Positions 30,530 to 40,099 of a stretch of DNA of 52,840 nucleotides are shown here, in pieces (within the stretch, counting starts at the first letter, position 1; every line of letters starts with the position of its first letter). A program made the position numbers and the translations under genes. Source of the stretch: a virus (lineage: Duplodnaviria; Caudoviricetes). Where the stretch lies: the IMG/VR virus record IMGVR_UViG_3300042350_002745, positions 1 to 52,840 of that record; one strand, written 5' to 3'. The notes below the pieces were generated by a model. The model worked only from the letters and a program-made list of their open reading frames with translations. It did not search any database and was not told where the DNA came from.

Positions 30530-30975
30530 TTGCAGAACTCCTTGGGGTGGATGCAGATTACTTTTTGGTTGAGAGGGACTTCGTATCGGCAGATTCCGCC
30601 TTGCTGGAACACTGGGTACTGGATGCCGGGAAACGGTTGCCGAGGCACGTACTTCTGCCCAGGCTCGGTTTTGAACGACACCGTCCGGGTTTTCACGGAC
30701 GGGCCGTCGTACTCACAAACCCACGCGCCCGGCTCGATAGCTAGCAGGGCTCTGTGGAATTCCTGGACATTGAAAGTACGTTTGGCATCCTGCATTCTCT
30801 GTGCTTTTTTCAGAAGCCTACGCTGCAAAGCGTAGGCTTCTGCTAGGGATTTGATCCTGCGGTTGATCCTCATGTTCATGCCCAAAGCTCTAGCTTTGGC
30901 GAGGTCTTTCAGGAACGCAGGTTGCCAAGTGTTTACGTGGATCGCCGTGGGCGGGTTCTTAGGGTTCTTGCTCAT
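30526..30975 (-). CDS. Hypothetical basic protein (149 aa)
   Basis: ORF coupled to the GT2 gene. Confidence 0.6.
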   Translation of the reverse strand: MSKNPKNPPTAIHVNTWQPAFLKDLAKARALGMNMRINRRIKSLAEAYALQRRLLKKAQRMQDAKRTFNVQEFHRALLAIEPGAWVCEYDGPSVKTRTVSFKTEPGQKYVPRQPFPGIQYPVFQQGGICRYEVPLNQKVICIHPKEFCK

Positions 30976-31189
30976 GTTCTTTCTGGGTGGTTATGCCGAT
31001 GCCGTTCCAATCGCATCGGTCGTTTTCGTGGAAAATAGGTTGGCCGAGTTCTGCGCGTCTGCGCATCACTTCGATCTTCTCCCAAGATCCGGCAGGGGCG
31101 TCAGTGCCGACGAACATGGCTTTAGCCACGTCGTCGGCAACTGGGTGATTGCCGTACCTCAGGATGTACTCGAATCTGTCGTTGGTCAC
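30959..31189 (-). CDS. Hypothetical protein (76 aa)
   Basis: PAGSWEKIEVMRRRAELGQPIFHEND; coupled ORF. Confidence 0.65.
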   Translation of the reverse strand: MTNDRFEYILRYGNHPVADDVAKAMFVGTDAPAGSWEKIEVMRRRAELGQPIFHENDRCDWNGIGITTQKEHEQEP

Positions 31190-31701
31190 GCTACCTCGAT
31201 CCTGTTTTCAAAGTCCATGAATTCTTCGATGTGCGTGACCATGATAATCTGAACTCCCATTTCTTGGGAGAGTTCAGACAGAAGTGCGCGGACGTTGCTG
31301 CGGTAGTGCGACGAGACGAACCGGAACGGTTCGTCCAGAATCAAAACCCTAGCAGGTTGGGGACGTTGCAGCATGAGGCAAGCGAGCCGCAAGCCGAAAG
31401 CTGCCACGTCTAAAATTCCGCCGCCGCACGATTGGAGGGGGTCAAGCTCATGGCCTTCCGCATCGACGAGGACGCCACGCACTTCTGTCTGCCCCCGTTT
31501 CTGCTCGAAAACGAGCAGAAACGACAATGCTTGGTCGCCAAAGACTGCCTGCAAGCATCGGGTAACAACGTACCCGATGCGTTTCTGGCAAGCCTCTTGG
31601 CATTTCATGCTGACCTGCTGGACAATCTCCTTGGCCGCCAAGGCGGCCTCGTATTGCCCTCGCAAGTCGTCTATCGACGACTTGCTGGTTGCGACCGCCA
31701 T
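31186..31701 (-). CDS. SbcC/Rad50-like ATPase, C-terminal half
   Basis: Signature-like SCGGG, Walker B LILDEPF, H-switch MVTH; start uncertain. Confidence 0.85.
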   Translation of the reverse strand: MAVATSKSSIDDLRGQYEAALAAKEIVQQVSMKCQEACQKRIGYVVTRCLQAVFGDQALSFLLVFEQKRGQTEVRGVLVDAEGHELDPLQSCGGGILDVAAFGLRLACLMLQRPQPARVLILDEPFRFVSSHYRSNVRALLSELSQEMGVQIIMVTHIEEFMDFENRIEVA

Positions 31702-31717
31702 GACGGCGGCCTTGTGT

Positions 31718-31966
31718 TTACTTGAGGCCGCCGAGAGCGGTGATCGCAGATTGGTTAGCCGAAAAAAATTCGTCACACTGTTGGTTGAAGGCAGGTTCAT
31801 TGGTTGCGATGTACTGTTCGAGTTCTTGAATTTCCGCTTGTGCCGACTCAACCGATTCGTGGCCGAGTTCCCTGAGGTTGTGGAGTAGTTGCTCCTTCTG
31901 CCCCTCCATCTTGCTTTTCTGAGTCTTGGCTGACTCTAATCTCCGTTGAATTTCCGCATATTCCAC
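31718..31966 (-). CDS. Small coiled-coil protein, probable SbcC coiled-coil fragment
   Basis: AGGAG RBS before GTG 31966; heptad-rich sequence. Confidence 0.6.
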   Translation of the reverse strand: MEYAEIQRRLESAKTQKSKMEGQKEQLLHNLRELGHESVESAQAEIQELEQYIATNEPAFNQQCDEFFSANQSAITALGGLK

Positions 31967-32108
31967 AATCAGTTCTCCTGGCTTTAAGTGTGCATGGCTT
32001 GTCGCCTGCCCCACCGTAGGGGCAGGCGATGTATTGTACGTCTGGGCTTGGTACTTCTGGAATACGGGTGACCAGATTTTGGCAGATTATGCAGACATAA
32101 TCAGCCAT
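31848..32108 (-). CDS. Possible small Cys-rich (Zn-ribbon-like) protein
   Basis: CIIC...CPY...C...CGIC; start overlaps the SbcD stop but 3' part overlaps the next gene. Confidence 0.35.
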   Translation of the reverse strand: MADYVCIICQNLVTRIPEVPSPDVQYIACPYGGAGDKPCTLKARRTDCGICGNSTEIRVSQDSEKQDGGAEGATTPQPQGTRPRIG

Positions 32109-33012
32109 TTTGTTTGAGATCCGTAATCATCTGTCGGAGGATCACGGCAGTCTGCGATCCGGCGGCGTCGACGGCTCGCTCCAAGTTTTCGAGGAACGAG
32201 TCTCCCGAGAGTTGCAAATTATGCAACTCTTGGATGACCTCGGATGCCACCTTGGCATCCTCGACCTGCGGCTGCCACGACTCTAGCCACACAGGCTCCG
32301 GTACGTCGTAGGGATGCCTCTCGATGGAACCATCGGTCATCAGGACTCCGTAGTGAGGCACTAGGGACTTCTGATCGGCGTTCTGCGGGATGAACCCACC
32401 GTGGTTCATCACGTTGGGGAGCATCCAAGGGATATGGTTGTCCCCGATAATCATGGCATCGAGGTTGGGGTAGAGTCGCTCGAAACGAGACGACTCGTCG
32501 GCCTTGGCGTGGCAGTTGAACTGGTTGCTCCAAGCGTACTTGTGGAGGACTCCCAGCTTGATGCCGTCGAAGGGATGATTGTCAGCTTCGGTCGGTGGTT
32601 CCCACCGACCCCAAGGCATCGCCCAGACTTGCAAGTCCTGCACACCGATGCTGGTCCATTCCATAGCCGGTAAATCAAAAAGAATATCCGCAGCGACCAA
32701 GCACCCGTAGGCTCCTCGGAGCCTACTTTCGTAGTCGTGGTAGCGAAGATCGTGTTGACCGGGAATGGCCGCCATTAGCGGTAGTTTCTGAATCGCGAAT
32801 CGGACGAGTTCGCTCGATGGATTCCATCGGTCGAACACGTCGCCTGCGCAAATGATCGGGGTACTCCATCGCCGGGAGGCATCTTCCAAAGCATTGAGAT
32901 GGTTCTCCATGACCTCGTACCAGTCCTTTTCGGCTCTGGCACTCGGGGCAGTCTCCCGCAAATGGAGATCGGAACACAGGACGGCTAAAGGGGTTTTTTG
33001 CAAGTCGGACAT
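32101..33012 (-). CDS. SbcD/Mre11-like metallophosphoesterase nuclease
   Basis: SDLH, AGDVFD, PGQHD, LH, GDNH motifs. Confidence 0.88.
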   Translation of the reverse strand: MSDLQKTPLAVLCSDLHLRETAPSARAEKDWYEVMENHLNALEDASRRWSTPIICAGDVFDRWNPSSELVRFAIQKLPLMAAIPGQHDLRYHDYESRLRGAYGCLVAADILFDLPAMEWTSIGVQDLQVWAMPWGRWEPPTEADNHPFDGIKLGVLHKYAWSNQFNCHAKADESSRFERLYPNLDAMIIGDNHIPWMLPNVMNHGGFIPQNADQKSLVPHYGVLMTDGSIERHPYDVPEPVWLESWQPQVEDAKVASEVIQELHNLQLSGDSFLENLERAVDAAGSQTAVILRQMITDLKQNG

Positions 33013-34115
33013 ACTTCCCTCACTAATTTGATTTTGGTTTCTAACTCGGTGACGGATTGGCAGGCGACTAGGTATGTCCCCTGCCAATCCGCTATGCCAT
33101 TCAACACACGCTCCAACTTCGACTGCTTGGCTCGCGACTCTGCGAGTCGCTTGCCTGTTGCCAGTAGCCCATCCACGTCCCCGTGGATGGGCTTGACGGC
33201 GGCTAGTTGCTGGGCTACTGGTCGGATCGCAGCCAAGCGGGATCGCTTGGCTGCGATCTGCTCGCCCTGCTTTTTCAGTTTCGCTAATCCTGATCCGACA
33301 GTATTAACCAAACTGATCTTGGCCGACACGTCGGCCAAGGGCGCAGTTGCGGCAAGAATCGCCGAACGGCGATTCTTCTTGTCGGCAAGAGCCTTGGCCT
33401 GATCGGCCAAGGCTTGTAGGTCGAGTATCAGTTTGTCTAATGATTGCAGAGAGTGCGACAAGGCTTCGACCACTTGCGTCTTGTCAGACAGCAGCGTGCA
33501 TCGGTTTTGCTTATACTGCAATTCCTGCATGTAGACGACTAGGGACTCGTACTGAGCCAGAACGCTTGGGAACCAAGCGATCTGGTCAAGTTCGGCTTGC
33601 TGCTTCTCGGCGATGGTTTCCATCGCCGAGAGTTCGCCCTTGGTCCGAGTCGCGTTGCTCGCGGCCATCGCGTTGGCCTTGTCGATGATCGACAAGTCCA
33701 CAATGCGGTTGAGTTCTTTTGCCATCTGGCCGGGGGGTAAGGTCAGCAAGAACGGGGCATCGTGCTGGCCTTGCAGGTTGATCTCCGAGAGTCCAAGCGT
33801 AGCTTGGACTTCGGATGGTTGCTTCGTGGCGCACGCCACGAAGGTCTGCCCTGCGGCCTTGTAGCCGTATCCCTCGGTCGGGTGCTTGAACCGAGTGACC
33901 TCGCCTCGATCCGAGGCGATGGTCACTTCGGTGTGCGGCTCGTCGAACGTCTGCAATCCGGTGATCGGCTTGTGTTCCACAAGCCACCGGATTGCACGAA
34001 AGACGGATGACTTGCCTGCGTTTGTGGGGCCGACAATCACGTTGACGTTCGGAACGAACGTCAAGTGGCGGTCGCGGTGAGCCTGAAAGTTAGTCAGCCT
34101 GATGTCTGTGAGCAT
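32985..34115 (-). CDS. SbcC/Rad50-like ATPase, N-terminal half ending at the zinc hook
   Basis: LTNFQAH, Walker A GPTNAGKS, Q-loop LQGQHD, coiled coil, terminal CPTC. Confidence 0.88.
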   Translation of the reverse strand: MLTDIRLTNFQAHRDRHLTFVPNVNVIVGPTNAGKSSVFRAIRWLVEHKPITGLQTFDEPHTEVTIASDRGEVTRFKHPTEGYGYKAAGQTFVACATKQPSEVQATLGLSEINLQGQHDAPFLLTLPPGQMAKELNRIVDLSIIDKANAMAASNATRTKGELSAMETIAEKQQAELDQIAWFPSVLAQYESLVVYMQELQYKQNRCTLLSDKTQVVEALSHSLQSLDKLILDLQALADQAKALADKKNRRSAILAATAPLADVSAKISLVNTVGSGLAKLKKQGEQIAAKRSRLAAIRPVAQQLAAVKPIHGDVDGLLATGKRLAESRAKQSKLERVLNGIADWQGTYLVACQSVTELETKIKLVREVCPTCKKPL

Positions 34116-34482
34116 GTTTGGCTTCCTCCCGCTGGTTGGCAGCTTCGTTGATGGCGATGATCTGGTCCAGTTCCTCGTCGGTGAGTAGGCTCTGGTGCAA
34201 GTCCCTGCGAATTCTTGCGACTTTGTTTTCCTTGCGGCATCTTTCCATTCCGTGTCGGATCGTATCTGTTACAGGATAAGCCGAGGAGTGAGTCGGACTC
34301 CAGGCATCTAAACCTCGAATCCTTAAATCTGAGTTGAGAATATACAAATCATCACCTAAAGTTATCCGGCCAGTCTTGGATATCTTGGTGATTTTGTGGA
34401 TGGTGTAGTTCCCTCCGCGACCTCCGTGGTGGATTGCAAGTTCGTCTCCGACTTTCCATTCTTTCTTCTGCTCAGACATCAT
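34090..34482 (-). CDS. Hypothetical protein (130 aa)
   Basis: WKVGDELAI...ITKISKTGRI, phage-type SH3-like start. Confidence 0.65.
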   Translation of the reverse strand: MMSEQKKEWKVGDELAIHHGGRGGNYTIHKITKISKTGRITLGDDLYILNSDLRIRGLDAWSPTHSSAYPVTDTIRHGMERCRKENKVARIRRDLHQSLLTDEELDQIIAINEAANQREEAKHAHRHQAD

Positions 34483-35681
34483 TTCCTCGGTAGGTATTTA
34501 CTAGGTACGAAGTGTTCCTTGATGATGCCATTCTCGACCATCTGCTGCGAAGCAAGCAGAAGCTCGACTATGGCATCCATCCCGTTATACGTCAGGAGCT
34601 TCGGCCAGGGAACCGAAAGTATCTTATTTCTTTGAGAATTTGTTTCGGACTCGAAATAGGATTCCACGTCCCCCGCGAAGTAGGGCACGCCCAACTTCGC
34701 GAATGCCTGAAACTTCAAGCCCGTCACGCCGCTGTTGGGATTCTCCCAATGCGCGGCTTGCATCGTGTCCCACCACCACCGACGAACCTGAACCCCCAGC
34801 TTAGATCGGCTCCACCGATCCTCGAACTTCATGTTCGCTGCAATCTTCCGAATGTCGGACGCCAAGAATCGCCTAATCGCATCATGCGTATCGGCGTACA
34901 CCGGGAACGAAATGCAATGCAGTTCGTCCCCGGCGGTGTAGGCCACCGCCATCGAAACGATGATCTGGGTGTCCCACTCGGGCTTTCGCCCGGTGGTTTC
35001 GTAGTCGAACGCCACAATCTGTGCCGTCTGAGTGATCTTGTCTAGTTCGGCATTGATCTCTTGGGGATCGTAGATCTGTCGGATTCGGCTCTCCAAGGGG
35101 ACGCACCCATCGGGCCACGGGCGGCCCGATATTCGCATCGCATCCCGCAGTTGTTGGTACTCGAACATGCTCGACACGTCGAGCATTCGTTTGTACTCGC
35201 CCATCAGGCCCACCGGACAGATCCAAGCGTTGAGATCCCTGCAAGGGATCACCGCGCCGTACCACCGGTCGTAAAGCTCGGCGGGGGTCTGCCAGTATCG
35301 GCCAATGACCGACTGAGTAGCCCTCGGACCATAGGGAATGACGACTTCGGGGTTGAGGCGTGCCAACTCGCTCGCGACGAGCGGTTGGCAATGCCGCCAA
35401 GCCTCGTTTGAGGCCCCTGGGCAGGCCGCTGCTGGCACTTTTGGGTAGGCGTCAAGTGTGACGCCTACCCGACTGCAAACGGTCCCTAGACGGCCAAATT
35501 GGCCGTCTAGCAGGGCGTTCGGGGCATCGTCCCCGGCTTTGTCGACCACAAAGACGACTTTGGCCGGTTTACCCGGCCAAGTCTGCTTCGGATGGCGACA
35601 ACTTCGGTCGGCCTTACACGTCCCGCAAAGCGGGACGACGGGCAACGACTTGGTTAGCTTTGCGGAAGCGAACAGCGGCAT
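34479..35681 (-). CDS. DNA polymerase A N-terminal part: uracil-DNA-glycosylase-like domain plus 3'-5' exonuclease
   Basis: CxxC...C Fe-S-type UDG-like start and ELARLNPEVVIPYG; ExoI AFDYETTG, ExoII ANMKFE, ExoIII YNGMDA. Confidence 0.8.
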   Translation of the reverse strand: MPLFASAKLTKSLPVVPLCGTCKADRSCRHPKQTWPGKPAKVVFVVDKAGDDAPNALLDGQFGRLGTVCSRVGVTLDAYPKVPAAACPGASNEAWRHCQPLVASELARLNPEVVIPYGPRATQSVIGRYWQTPAELYDRWYGAVIPCRDLNAWICPVGLMGEYKRMLDVSSMFEYQQLRDAMRISGRPWPDGCVPLESRIRQIYDPQEINAELDKITQTAQIVAFDYETTGRKPEWDTQIIVSMAVAYTAGDELHCISFPVYADTHDAIRRFLASDIRKIAANMKFEDRWSRSKLGVQVRRWWWDTMQAAHWENPNSGVTGLKFQAFAKLGVPYFAGDVESYFESETNSQRNKILSVPWPKLLTYNGMDAIVELLLASQQMVENGIIKEHFVPSKYLPRK

Positions 35682-36421
35682 TTTTCTTCGGCTTCCTTGA
35701 CGGAGAGTAGGAGTTTGAGGAACGATTCGGGGTCGTCGAACGACCACCCCGAATCGGATCGGATGACGAAGAACGGCTCCTCACCGGGGAGTTGGTATTC
35801 ACAATCGATGGTGATGTCCTCGGACCCTACGCCAGAAGGGTCCGTCGTGCCGAGGGTGTTCGGCGTTTGCGTGAACTGGAAAGTGACCTTGCTTATGTCC
35901 GGGCCGTAGTAGTCCTTGCTTGTCGTTGTCGGTGGAGTATCTTCCCCTTCGACTTTGATTTCGGCTTCGCAGGTGTCGGAGGGGTACGCCTCTCGCATCT
36001 GTTCGAGTCTGTCCGTATCAATCGCATGGGTGTGCCCATTTCTATCGAGAACTACCTCGCAATATGTAGGATTAACCGTTACGATGGTCCCCGAATGTCG
36101 CATAAATGGTCCTCCGTCAGCCGCGACTCGCACCCTGTCTCCGGGGCTCGGCAGAAAAGGGGCAACGTCGCGGAATTCGTTCTGATTCCAAGCCTGTTGT
36201 ACCGCAGGTACAACAGGGATATCGGAGGCAAGGATTCTCTCACCCTTCTCCAAATGCCGAAAACCTTGAGGGCATTCAGGCGGTTCGACAGGTCGGCAAT
36301 GATCCTGGTCAGCATAAAACCAGTTTTCATCGCTGCTTCCCGTCACTTTCATTAGGTTTTCCCAGGGTGCAATCACTTTACACAACACCCAGACCCTATC
36401 ACCTTTTTTAAGCTCTTTCAT
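35654..36421 (-). CDS. Mosaic hypothetical protein (255 aa) with KOW/SH3-like modules
   Basis: LKKGDRVWV, CPQGFRHLEKGE, PGDRVRV modules. Confidence 0.65.
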   Translation of the reverse strand: MKELKKGDRVWVLCKVIAPWENLMKVTGSSDENWFYADQDHCRPVEPPECPQGFRHLEKGERILASDIPVVPAVQQAWNQNEFRDVAPFLPSPGDRVRVAADGGPFMRHSGTIVTVNPTYCEVVLDRNGHTHAIDTDRLEQMREAYPSDTCEAEIKVEGEDTPPTTTSKDYYGPDISKVTFQFTQTPNTLGTTDPSGVGSEDITIDCEYQLPGEEPFFVIRSDSGWSFDDPESFLKLLLSVKEAEEKCRCSLPQS

Positions 36422-37425
36422 ACGATGTTCTCCGTACTGGTCAGATACACAAAATTCTCCCCACGAATCCGCAGAGCGGATTGCGTGAGGGATACAGGAT
36501 AGTCATGCTTGAGCAACGTCTGGATGTGCTTCGGGTTGATCCCGAAGCACTTCGGCGGCCCGTCATATTCTACGTCCCGGACCTCCTCATAAATCCCACT
36601 TTCGTTCTGCCCACGCACCATTATTTTTCCGGGCTTGAGCCGGAACTGGGCTTGCTTCCCAGTTCCGGTATCAGCGAGGAACGCCGCCGCCTTCTGCAAG
36701 GCGTCGAGCAGACTGCTCGGGAATCGGAGGCTCGCCTCCGATTCTGACCGGAACGCATCAGACAGATCCGGCAACGTCCCGCTGTACGCCCGGACTGCAA
36801 CTTGCAGTCCGGTGTACGTTTTGAAATGCACCCACCCTGCGGACTCGGCGAGCGCAGCTACGCCGAGTTCGTTGACCGCACCGCAAGCCGCACGCTTGAT
36901 AAGCGTCGGCTTGCTGATGGGGCAGTCCAGCTTGTAGCGGACTGCCTGAAACACATCCGTGGCCTGTAGGCCACGGGAGCTTAGTTCCACGCAGGTCAGC
37001 TCCCATGCCTCGGAGTCTTTGGCCGCCGAATCGGCGGCCATCGCCAATGCGTCTGCGAACACAGGGGGAACGTCGGACCACTCGCCGGGGGCATCCACCG
37101 ACTCGTAGTGGGGGATGACATCGAGTTGGACGTTGAGTTTGATCTGCCGGATGTTGGCACACTTGATGACCAACTGGCTGTCCTTGAGCGAGATGTCAAT
37201 CTCGTCCTCGGTCAGCTTTCGCAGGGTTTCCAAAAGCGGCTTCGCAGGAGCCGCGCATCGGAAGTTGACTACGGTATCCTGTTGGCACAGTACCTCGTCG
37301 TTGAACGTGTAGACCTTCCCGTTCGTAAACAGGAAGCATTCCGACTGCTCGATGTTGTCGGTAGAGGACAAGCCAGGGGCGCAGGACTCTAGGTGGCGAA
37401 GGAATTCTTTACGCTGGATTTTCAT
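36418..37425 (-). CDS. DNA sliding clamp (Pol III beta-like)
   Basis: 335 aa; MKIQRKEFL, LQATD motif, FGINPKHI; clamp loader nearby. Confidence 0.75.
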   Translation of the reverse strand: MKIQRKEFLRHLESCAPGLSSTDNIEQSECFLFTNGKVYTFNDEVLCQQDTVVNFRCAAPAKPLLETLRKLTEDEIDISLKDSQLVIKCANIRQIKLNVQLDVIPHYESVDAPGEWSDVPPVFADALAMAADSAAKDSEAWELTCVELSSRGLQATDVFQAVRYKLDCPISKPTLIKRAACGAVNELGVAALAESAGWVHFKTYTGLQVAVRAYSGTLPDLSDAFRSESEASLRFPSSLLDALQKAAAFLADTGTGKQAQFRLKPGKIMVRGQNESGIYEEVRDVEYDGPPKCFGINPKHIQTLLKHDYPVSLTQSALRIRGENFVYLTSTENIV

Positions 37426-38036
37426 TGGGAGGCTCCGTAAAGTACGTAGTGGTTGGCCGCCTCTGTCTGCAATGCCGACCTTCTGCCTTCATCCCAGAAT
37501 TGAGATCCCCGAAAAACATAAACGGCGTCGGATGGTGCATGTTCGGCGTCAAGCCACACGAAGCCCGTATCGACTGCCCTTCTTTCTATGTTGGTCACGA
37601 TCAACTCCTCTCGCAAATCCCTCTTGAGAACCAGAATCCAAAACGGAGTACCCGCAAGCGAAGCGGAACGCTTCGCTTGCTCGATGAAGTCCCGCATCTG
37701 ATTCGGCCCGTTGGGCTTGTCAATCAGGTCTTGAATTGTCGTGCTGTTGTACCCTCGCTTGAGTTCAAAGGTCACGATGTTCAGCAACTTCTGCGCTTCG
37801 GGACATTGCGCAGCAATGTCCCCGTAGCCATTGGCTGTGTTCCTACCCGACTTGGCCCGGTTGGTGGCTCGGCCCCCCGAGCCACCAAGCCGCCAGAACC
37901 AGTCGTCGGCTTTGCCTTCGCTCCACCATAGGGATAGCTTTCGAGCGAAGTCTCGCTCGAAAGCGGAGCCTTTCTTCGGATCGCCCTTGCGTTTCTTCTT
38001 GACCGGAGCCTCGGTTGTGGATTTTTTCTTGGGCAT
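37422..38036 (-). CDS. Holliday junction resolvase-like PD-(D/E)xK nuclease
   Basis: KGSAFER...GSGG...GDI...FELKRG. Confidence 0.75.
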   Translation of the reverse strand: MPKKKSTTEAPVKKKRKGDPKKGSAFERDFARKLSLWWSEGKADDWFWRLGGSGGRATNRAKSGRNTANGYGDIAAQCPEAQKLLNIVTFELKRGYNSTTIQDLIDKPNGPNQMRDFIEQAKRSASLAGTPFWILVLKRDLREELIVTNIERRAVDTGFVWLDAEHAPSDAVYVFRGSQFWDEGRRSALQTEAANHYVLYGASQ

Positions 38037-38047
38037 TATTCGACCTC

Positions 38048-38389
38048 CTATGGTTTGCTTGATGGATTATCAGATCCCTGTGGAATCCCGCAAATTGCGT
38101 GAATTTCACACACTTCCTCCTTAGACAAAGGGATCAGGCCCTCCGTCTTGCGTTTCCTGTTTTGTTGTAAGCATTGATCCTTCGCCGCCTCCCAGGCGGC
38201 GTACAGGGTAAGATCCGTCTCAAGGATCAGATTTAGATTACCAAACCTGATGGGCAGACCACGCGAGAGTTCGATGATCTGTCGCTTCGTCCCCTCGGAG
38301 ACGAAGCAGACTAAATCAATGTCGCTTTCTGGGGTAGCTGTGCCGTAGGCTTGGCTACCTGTGATGAATGCAGGGGTGGCGTTGTCCAT
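38048..38389 (-). CDS. Minimal nucleotidyltransferase (Pol beta superfamily)
   Basis: ITGSQAYG...SDIDL (GS and DxD motifs). Confidence 0.7.
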   Translation of the reverse strand: MDNATPAFITGSQAYGTATPESDIDLVCFVSEGTKRQIIELSRGLPIRFGNLNLILETDLTLYAAWEAAKDQCLQQNRKRKTEGLIPLSKEEVCEIHAICGIPQGSDNPSSKP

Positions 38390-38706
38390 TATTCAGATTC
38401 GCCCTTGTTGCTGCGGTGCTGCTCAATCCAATCATAAACCGCCATCAGTCGCTCATTCTGAGCGTGTCGCAGATCCCTTCGCCTCGCGACTGCTTCCAGC
38501 ACTCGCTTGTCTGCGACTACCTGACCGTCAACCATCTGTTGCTCGACGGCTTGAACAAAGTTGCGGAAGCGAACTTGTCGAGGAGCCTTCCTCGCTTGGG
38601 TGGTTGGGTTGTTCTTCTTGGAGGCTTTGCGTTCCTCAGGGGAACGCGAATCCTCTGGCTTCTTGTTGGAGTCCAACCATTGTTGTCGGGTGAGTCGAAT
38701 GCTCAT
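38389..38706 (-). CDS. Hypothetical basic protein (105 aa)
   Basis: Coupled on both sides. Confidence 0.55.
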   Translation of the reverse strand: MSIRLTRQQWLDSNKKPEDSRSPEERKASKKNNPTTQARKAPRQVRFRNFVQAVEQQMVDGQVVADKRVLEAVARRRDLRHAQNERLMAVYDWIEQHRSNKGESE

Positions 38707-39551
38707 TTCTTGATGCCTTTCGGTGTTCGTTGTGCTACGCTGTCGAATACTCGGCCCATCATCGCCCAGTCCAAAGCGTCGACCTGTGGAACAGGTCGAC
38801 ACTCGGGAGTCCCCGGAGCGGGGAGCTTCGTAAGCTGGATGTTCTTGTTATACACTTCTACGTGGTCAGTGAAGCGTTTTCGGAACTCAGGTTTCCCTTT
38901 TCCCATTAAAAATTTTGCCGCCTTCGCCATACCAATGCCTGTCAGTCCGACAACATTGTCGGACGAACAGCCTGCCCATGCCTTTGCCGAAGCGTAAAGG
39001 CATGGTGGCATCTCGGAGTGTTTCCTTCGGAAATCCTCCTCATTGACAACCGTTTTGGAAGCCGGGCGGTAGACTACCACCCGGCTGCCCTCGATCATCT
39101 GGTAGAGATCCTCGTCGTTGCTGACGATGTACACCTTCCGAGCATTCGGAAGGTGCTTGACGCACGAAGCGATCAAATCGTCGGCCTCGAATCCTTTGGC
39201 CCAGAAGATGTTGTTGGCCCCGATGGTCGGCAAGTGGATCTCTCGGAACGCTGCCATCTGGTCGTACAAGATCTGTCGGAGTTCCTTCTCGTCCTCAGGA
39301 GCCTGCAACCTCGCTTCTTTGCGAGGTTGCTTGTAGGCAGGGTCGATCTGCTTTCGATAGTCGTATCCGCCATCGAAACAAAAGATCAGCGTGTCCACGC
39401 ATAAATCGTCCTGCAACTTGTTGCAGGACTGATGCAACGCCTTGAACAGCGTACCAGGATCATCCCGCCAGAACTGTGGCGGGATGGTATGCCATCGAGC
39501 GTAAGCGAGGTTGCTTACGTCGATGATCGCGTAGCGAGCATCGGCGGTCAT
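38703..39551 (-). CDS. 5'-3' exonuclease/flap endonuclease
   Basis: IIDVSN, FCFDGG, YKQPR, FEADDLI, SNDEDL, SDNVVG...GIG. Confidence 0.9.
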   Translation of the reverse strand: MTADARYAIIDVSNLAYARWHTIPPQFWRDDPGTLFKALHQSCNKLQDDLCVDTLIFCFDGGYDYRKQIDPAYKQPRKEARLQAPEDEKELRQILYDQMAAFREIHLPTIGANNIFWAKGFEADDLIASCVKHLPNARKVYIVSNDEDLYQMIEGSRVVVYRPASKTVVNEEDFRRKHSEMPPCLYASAKAWAGCSSDNVVGLTGIGMAKAAKFLMGKGKPEFRKRFTDHVEVYNKNIQLTKLPAPGTPECRPVPQVDALDWAMMGRVFDSVAQRTPKGIKK

Positions 39552-39883
39552 GGGGCCTCCACTTCTGGTTTAGGGAGCGGTCGCTTCCTAAAGCGACGTA
39601 AGGCTTCTGTGAGCGTGGTACGAATAAACAGTTCCATTCTGTGTTCGTTGCTAGTGCAAGGTTCCATGTCGAAGAAGGTGTCTAACTTGTACACATTCCC
39701 ATCCGATGCTGCCAGACGCAAGGTGACCTTTACGGCCATGCCTAATAGGCATCGTGGGTGAATCTCATAGGATTCACCCCCAGAGTAGTCAATCCCAGCT
39801 TCGAGAAACTCGACAACTCGGGCTACGAACCGACCGAGCATCTTACGATGCTCGTCGGTTAATTTGTATGGCACTCCGGTCAC
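39548..39883 (-). CDS. Hypothetical protein (111 aa)
   Basis: Coupled ORF. Confidence 0.6.
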   Translation of the reverse strand: MTGVPYKLTDEHRKMLGRFVARVVEFLEAGIDYSGGESYEIHPRCLLGMAVKVTLRLAASDGNVYKLDTFFDMEPCTSNEHRMELFIRTTLTEALRRFRKRPLPKPEVEAP

Positions 39884-40098
39884 TGTTGCCTCCGAGCTTC
39901 TCTCAAGACATTGCGGATAACTGCAATGCCTTCGAGCTTGTGGCCGATTTCATGCAACTGATCTCGCAGGTTTGCGAGATCAGTCTTGACCTTGACCAAA
40001 ACCTCAGTCTTTTCGTCGGCTGTCAGGGCATCCCCTGACAGCACTTTTTGTTCTACGTTCAGAGCCGCAGATCGGATCTGCTCAATCAGTTCATCCAT
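39880..40098 (-). CDS. Small coiled-coil hypothetical protein (72 aa)
   Basis: Coupled ORF. Confidence 0.6.
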   Translation of the reverse strand: MDELIEQIRSAALNVEQKVLSGDALTADEKTEVLVKVKTDLANLRDQLHEIGHKLEGIAVIRNVLREARRQQ

Positions 40099-40099
40099 T

